Source of the DNA: an uncultured delta proteobacterium
Lineage (GTDB): Bacteria; Myxococcota; Kuafuiibacteriia; Kuafuiibacteriales; Kuafuiibacteriaceae
Direction: 5' to 3'
DNA: 64,000 nt
NCBI GenBank assembly: GCA_963803435.1
Contig: CAWDML010000005.1
Span: 64,001-128,000 of the forward strand
Within the stretch, counting starts at the first letter, position 1, and each line of letters begins with the position of its first letter. Shown one piece after another: positions 59,833 to 64,000 of this stretch. The notes under the pieces are model-generated. The model did not search any database, had not been told where the DNA came from, and saw only the letters and a program-made list of their open reading frames with translations. Position numbers and translations under genes: made by a program.

Positions 59833-60644
59833 GGCGTGATCCAGAGGTACTTCACGTTGAGCGTCCACCGCAGGACCATTTTGAACGGCAACAGCATCAT
59901 CGTCATGAAAAGCATCGCGACCACGTTGTAGCGCACGATCCCCAGCTGTCTCATGATCGGTTTGTCCTTGAAGGCCACCCAGGCTGCCGGGATCACGCTG
60001 AAAAACACGCCCAGAGTGATGGCGCCGATGATGAAGCCGCCCCAGTAGCTGCGGGCCCCCAGGAGGTAGGGCCAGTCGATGTTGTTGAGGGCGACGACCT
60101 TGTGGGGGTCCCAGTACTGCCAGGGGAGGAAGAAGTTCCAGCCCGGGCCGCGCAGAAAGACGCCGATGAAGATCTGACAGACCCACAGCAGGTGGAAGCC
60201 GAAGAAGAAGGTCAGGATCGCGAACTTGCGCTCCTTGAAGGTGTAGTAGCCGTTCCCCTTGGGGTTGATGTCGATGTACGGGATCAGCATCAGCCCGACG
60301 ATGATCAGCGACGGGAAGACGACGCCGGCCAGCCAGGGATCGAAGTAGACCAACATCTCCTGGAGGCCGAGGAAGTACCACGGCGCCTTCGACGGGTTCG
60401 GCGTCAGGGTCGGGTTGGCGGTCTCCTCCATCGGCGCATCGATCGCGAGCGACCAGATGCAGAGGAAGAGGAACATGATCAGCCCGGCGATGAACTCGAC
60501 GCGGACGAAGTAAGGCCACGAGTGGATCTTGTCGGGGAGGACATCCTCACCCTTCTTGGCGCGGATGCGCAGCTTGGCCGTGCCGACCTTGAGGTCGGCC
60601 GGGCAATCCATCGGGTGATCGGAGTGGACGATCTCACCGCTCAT
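59817..60644 (-). CDS. Cytochrome b subunit IV-like (PetD/QcrC N-terminal-like)
   Basis: APMEETANPTLTPNPSKAPWYFLGLQE (PEWY-equivalent APWY), IPYID, LRGPGWNF. Confidence 0.85.
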   Translation of the reverse strand: MSGEIVHSDHPMDCPADLKVGTAKLRIRAKKGEDVLPDKIHSWPYFVRVEFIAGLIMFLFLCIWSLAIDAPMEETANPTLTPNPSKAPWYFLGLQEMLVYFDPWLAGVVFPSLIIVGLMLIPYIDINPKGNGYYTFKERKFAILTFFFGFHLLWVCQIFIGVFLRGPGWNFFLPWQYWDPHKVVALNNIDWPYLLGARSYWGGFIIGAITLGVFFSVIPAAWVAFKDKPIMRQLGIVRYNVVAMLFMTMMLLPFKMVLRWTLNVKYLWITPWFHI

Positions 60645-60659
60645 CGAAGTTGCCTCCCG

Positions 60660-61448
60660 CTACAGCGGACCGGAGATGCCGCCGTCCTTCCTGATGCGCC
60701 AGAAGTGCAGGATCATCAGGACGGAGGCGACGATGGGGATGAAGATGCAGTGCAGCACGTAGAAGCGCAGCAAAGTCGGCGGGCCCACGTTGACCGCGGC
60801 GGTCAGGAACGTGCGCGCGTTGTAGCGGGGCGTGACGCCCAGCTCGGCGCCGAACGGCCCCTCGGTGCCGAGGAGCGGCGTGGCGCGGGCCATGTTGGTG
60901 CCGACGGTGACCGCCCAGATGGCGAGCTGGTCCCAGGGCAACAGGTAGCCGGTGAACGAGAGCAGCAGGGTCAGCGTCAGGAGGAGCACGCCGACGACCC
61001 AGTTGAACTCCCGGGGCGGCTTGTACGAGCCGGTCATGAAGACGCGGAACATGTGCAGCCAGACCATGATGACCATGGCGTGGGCCGCCCATCGATGCAT
61101 GTTCCGGGTGAACATGCCGAAGGGGACGTCGAAGTCGAGGTACTTGATGTCGTGGTATGCGTACTCGCCGGTGGGGCGGTAGTAGAACATCAGCACGACG
61201 CCCGTCACCACGGTCACCAGATAGAGGAGGAAGGTGAGGCCGCCCGCGCACCAGGTGTAGCGGTAGCGGATGCCGTGCCGCCGGACCTTCGTCGGGTGGA
61301 GGTGGAGCCAGACGTTCGCCGAGATCTGGAGGGCCCGGTTGCGGGGCGTGTCGGTGTACCCGTGGCGGAACGTCGACGTCCAGACCTGCGACTCGGTGAT
61401 GAGCTGCCAGACGCTCTTCTTCTCTTGCTGCTGCTCGTTGTCGGCCAT
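60660..61448 (-). CDS. Cytochrome b6-like N-terminal subunit
   Basis: [53 protein letters not shown]. Confidence 0.92.
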   Translation of the reverse strand: MADNEQQQEKKSVWQLITESQVWTSTFRHGYTDTPRNRALQISANVWLHLHPTKVRRHGIRYRYTWCAGGLTFLLYLVTVVTGVVLMFYYRPTGEYAYHDIKYLDFDVPFGMFTRNMHRWAAHAMVIMVWLHMFRVFMTGSYKPPREFNWVVGVLLLTLTLLLSFTGYLLPWDQLAIWAVTVGTNMARATPLLGTEGPFGAELGVTPRYNARTFLTAAVNVGPPTLLRFYVLHCIFIPIVASVLMILHFWRIRKDGGISGPL

Positions 61449-61454
61449 GATGGT

Positions 61455-62015
61455 CTAAACCTTTGCGTTGGCGGCCGGGTCGGTCCACTGGCCCTTCTCG
61501 AAGAGGAACGAGATGCCCTTGTCGACGTTGATCTCACCGGCGGCGTCGATCCAAACCTTGAGGCGTTCGAGCGGGCGAGGCGCCGGGCCTTCGAAGTTGA
61601 TCGCGGTGATGTCGCGGCCGCGCTCGAAGTCGAAGCCGCGGAACCCGGAGCCGTGGCACGGGCACTTGAACTTGTTCTCGGCGGCCAGCCAGCGCGGCGT
61701 GCAGCCGAGGTGCGTGCAGATGGCGGCGATCGCGATGATCCAGTTGGTGCCGGCCGAGTCGACCCGCCGCGCGATCCAGACGCGCTGGCTCGGGATGTAC
61801 TTCTCGCTGACCGTGTTCGGGCTGTAGTCGCTGGCGTGGCCTGCCTTGAAGAGCGTCGACGGCTCGAACAGCACGCGCGGATACATGAACCGAACGAAGC
61901 CGAGGCTGAGGACGCCGAGTGCACCGAGCGTCCCCGCCCATCCCCCGAGCGACAAGAAGTCTCGCCGCGACCACGTCCAGTCTTTGGTCTTTTCGTCTCG
62001 AACTTGACCCGCCAT
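61455..62015 (-). CDS. Rieske iron-sulfur subunit
   Basis: Tat motif SRRDFL; CTHLGC and CPCHGS; EGPAPRPL. Confidence 0.95.
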   Translation of the reverse strand: MAGQVRDEKTKDWTWSRRDFLSLGGWAGTLGALGVLSLGFVRFMYPRVLFEPSTLFKAGHASDYSPNTVSEKYIPSQRVWIARRVDSAGTNWIIAIAAICTHLGCTPRWLAAENKFKCPCHGSGFRGFDFERGRDITAINFEGPAPRPLERLKVWIDAAGEINVDKGISFLFEKGQWTDPAANAKV

Positions 62016-62182
62016 GGCGCTGAGGCGAGACCTATGAATTGCCGTCCGGCCTGTCAAGCTGGATCACCGCCGAATCGCCCAGCGATTCCTCGGATTTAGA
62101 CCCATCGGGAGTGGCCCTATCCGAGACACACGCCCGACGAAGCCTTGACCCTGCCAGCCAGGACAACTACACCCGGCCCGAC

Positions 62183-62374
62183 ATGATCTTCGGCTCTCCC
62201 AACGGTTGGGACAACTTCATGGTCATCCTGACCAAGCCGGACAACATCCCGATCCTCTTGATGGTCGGCTCGGTGGCGTTCTTTACCTGGCTTTCGATCC
62301 GCGAGGGCCTCAAGAACGACCGCCTGATCAAGGAAGGGCGCCGCGACGAGGTGCTCCGCCAGATGCAGGACTGA
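62183..62374 (+). CDS. 63-aa membrane protein with KPDNIPI motif, probable small subunit of the Rieske/cyt b complex
   Basis: ILTKPDNIPILLMVGSVAFFTWLSIREGLKNDRL; divergent from the Rieske gene. Confidence 0.65.
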   Translation: MIFGSPNGWDNFMVILTKPDNIPILLMVGSVAFFTWLSIREGLKNDRLIKEGRRDEVLRQMQD

Positions 62375-62915
62375 CGCTCCCGCCCATCTCGGCGACCTCC
62401 GCTGCCGCCTCGATCCTCGCCATCAGATCCTCGATCCGACCCCGCTCCTCCTCACCGCTCCTCGACGACAGCGCTGCGAAGCGCAGCAGCGTGAGCTGCG
62501 CCAGCATCTCCTCCAGCATCCCTGTGGCGCGGTCGATCCGACCTCGCGATCGATCGCGAAGCTCCTCGAGCCGCGATCGCACGCTCGGCGGTGCGGTCGC
62601 GAGGGCGGCCTCGAGCTCGAGGATCGTCTGCTCCTCGGCGAGCGCACGGGCGGCGAACGCCTCCACGAGCCGTTGCTCTCTGGCGTCGGCGCCCGGGGCC
62701 CGGGCGAACGCGACGCGGATCTCGTCGCGGAGCGACTCGATCTTCCGCCCTCGAGCACGGGGGATCGGCTCGCTGAAGAGCGCAGCGGGCAGCAGGAACG
62801 GCCACAGGGCCAGCATCAAGAGCGGACGGAGCGGATGCGCCTCCTTTCGGCGCACCGAGGCGGCCGCGCCCGCCCCCATCACGACGTAGACGGCGACCAC
62901 GATCAGGCCCGCCAT
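62328..62915 (-). CDS. Membrane-anchored coiled-coil hypothetical protein
   Basis: Two N-terminal TMs (LALWPFLLP), then coiled coil. Confidence 0.6.
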   Translation of the reverse strand: MAGLIVVAVYVVMGAGAAASVRRKEAHPLRPLLMLALWPFLLPAALFSEPIPRARGRKIESLRDEIRVAFARAPGADAREQRLVEAFAARALAEEQTILELEAALATAPPSVRSRLEELRDRSRGRIDRATGMLEEMLAQLTLLRFAALSSRSGEEERGRIEDLMARIEAAAEVAEMGGSVSPASGGAPRRGALP

Positions 62916-62922
62916 GGCCGCG

Positions 62923-63627
62923 CTAGCCTCCCACCAGGAACGCGTCGAAGCCCCAGACCGCCAGGGAGCCGGTCAGCGCCAGCACCAGCATCGCGATCCG
63001 CGCCAGGACGCCGATCCGGTGGCGCTCCGCCGGGTCGAGCGGTTCGGTCGAGACCCGGCCCTTGATGGCCTCGCCCGTACGAAGCAGGGTGCCGTGGAGG
63101 CGCTTGCCGGCGACCATGGCCGAGAGCGCGAAGCAGAGCACGACGGAGAGGGGCCCGGCCCAGAGGTCGTCCCACTTGCAGAGAAAGTATGGGACCGGCG
63201 CGAGCGCCGCCAGGATGAGCGCGCCGGAGGCGGCGGAGGTCGAGAGCGCTCCGACCAGGCGCGACAGCGGCAGGCGCGCCGAGGCCAGGATCCCCGCCGC
63301 CCAGATCGGCCCCAGGGCGGCGGCCAGCGCGATCAGCGCGTCGATGGACGACAGCACTGCGGCACGAAGCGCGGCGACGGGGCCGTGCGGGATCGTCAGC
63401 ACGACCGCGAACAGCGCGGTGCCCACTGTGATCGCCGAGAGGCTGCCGAGCAGGGCCGACTCGAGCCGCGCCGGATCGAGCAGCCGCTCGACCACGCGAT
63501 CCGGAGCGCCGAGCAGATCGAAGAGCAGCGTCGGAGGCACCGCGTCGGGGACCACGCGGATCGTCTCGTCGTCGGCGATCACGAACGGAGAGGTCGGTTC
63601 GATCAGGAGTCGTCCGCTCATGATCAC
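62923..63627 (-). CDS. Multi-pass membrane protein
   Basis: About five hydrophobic segments; start overlaps the upstream gene. Confidence 0.6.
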   Translation of the reverse strand: MIMSGRLLIEPTSPFVIADDETIRVVPDAVPPTLLFDLLGAPDRVVERLLDPARLESALLGSLSAITVGTALFAVVLTIPHGPVAALRAAVLSSIDALIALAAALGPIWAAGILASARLPLSRLVGALSTSAASGALILAALAPVPYFLCKWDDLWAGPLSVVLCFALSAMVAGKRLHGTLLRTGEAIKGRVSTEPLDPAERHRIGVLARIAMLVLALTGSLAVWGFDAFLVGG

Positions 63628-64000
63628 ATCCCTCCCAGCCGGGCGGCGAAGACCAGGCCCAGCACCAGCTCGAGACCGACCGCGAAGCGGCGAGCGCGCG
63701 CGGTGGGATCGATGCTGCGAAGGATCCGCGCGCTGGTGGCGGCGGCCGCGGCGAGCGCGATGATCGGCAGCGCTGCGCCGGGCGCGATCAGAGGACGCGC
63801 CCGTGAGAACAGCGTCAGGTACGCCATCAACGGCAGGGACGCCGCGACCACCACGCCGGCGACCAACAGTCCGAGCGCGATCGAGGCGGCGACGACCCGC
63901 GGGGAGACGGCGACTCGGAAGTATGCCGAGAGCAGGATCGCGCTCGGCACCACGGCCGCAAAGGACTCGAGCACGGCCCGCAAGAGATCGATCCGCGGGA
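63624..64000 (-). CDS. Multi-pass membrane protein, 3' part (start probably outside window)
   Basis: Hydrophobic open frame running toward the window edge. Confidence 0.5.
   Translation of the reverse strand, partial: PRIDLLRAVLESFAAVVPSAILLSAYFRVAVSPRVVAASIALGLLVAGVVVAASLPLMAYLTLFSRARPLIAPGAALPIIALAAAAATSARILRSIDPTARARRFAVGLELVLGLVFAARLGGM

Overview
High-GC window with typical Myxococcota-like gene content, inferred from the gene families present: a PilY1-like tail, Hanks-type Ser/Thr kinases, two ECF sigma/partner pairs, an FHA-sigma54 activator, a FrgA-like MshEN/HEAT protein, a MoxR-DUF58-vWA operon, a TatT-TRAP transporter, a paired ArsA/Get3 ATPase locus and a split cytochrome b Rieske complex. 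The most striking feature is one mobile element present four times (5334-5856, 13557-13972, 28810-30189, 51610-52888). It has ~66-bp imperfect terminal inverted repeats made of a terminal hairpin plus a (GGTCCC)n array. It carries an IS1182-like transposase and a divergent four-helix-bundle (23S rRNA IVS protein/bAvd-like) cargo gene with a shared in-frame TAG. Every copy sits at a CTAG between convergent genes, and that CTAG supplies the TAG stop codon of one or both flanking genes. Each copy is deleted differently. The four apparent frameshifts in ordinary genes are all 1-nt insertions at GGATC, which suggests a DNA-modification-linked sequencing error rather than real pseudogenes. All family assignments come from motif recognition by eye; no searches were run.
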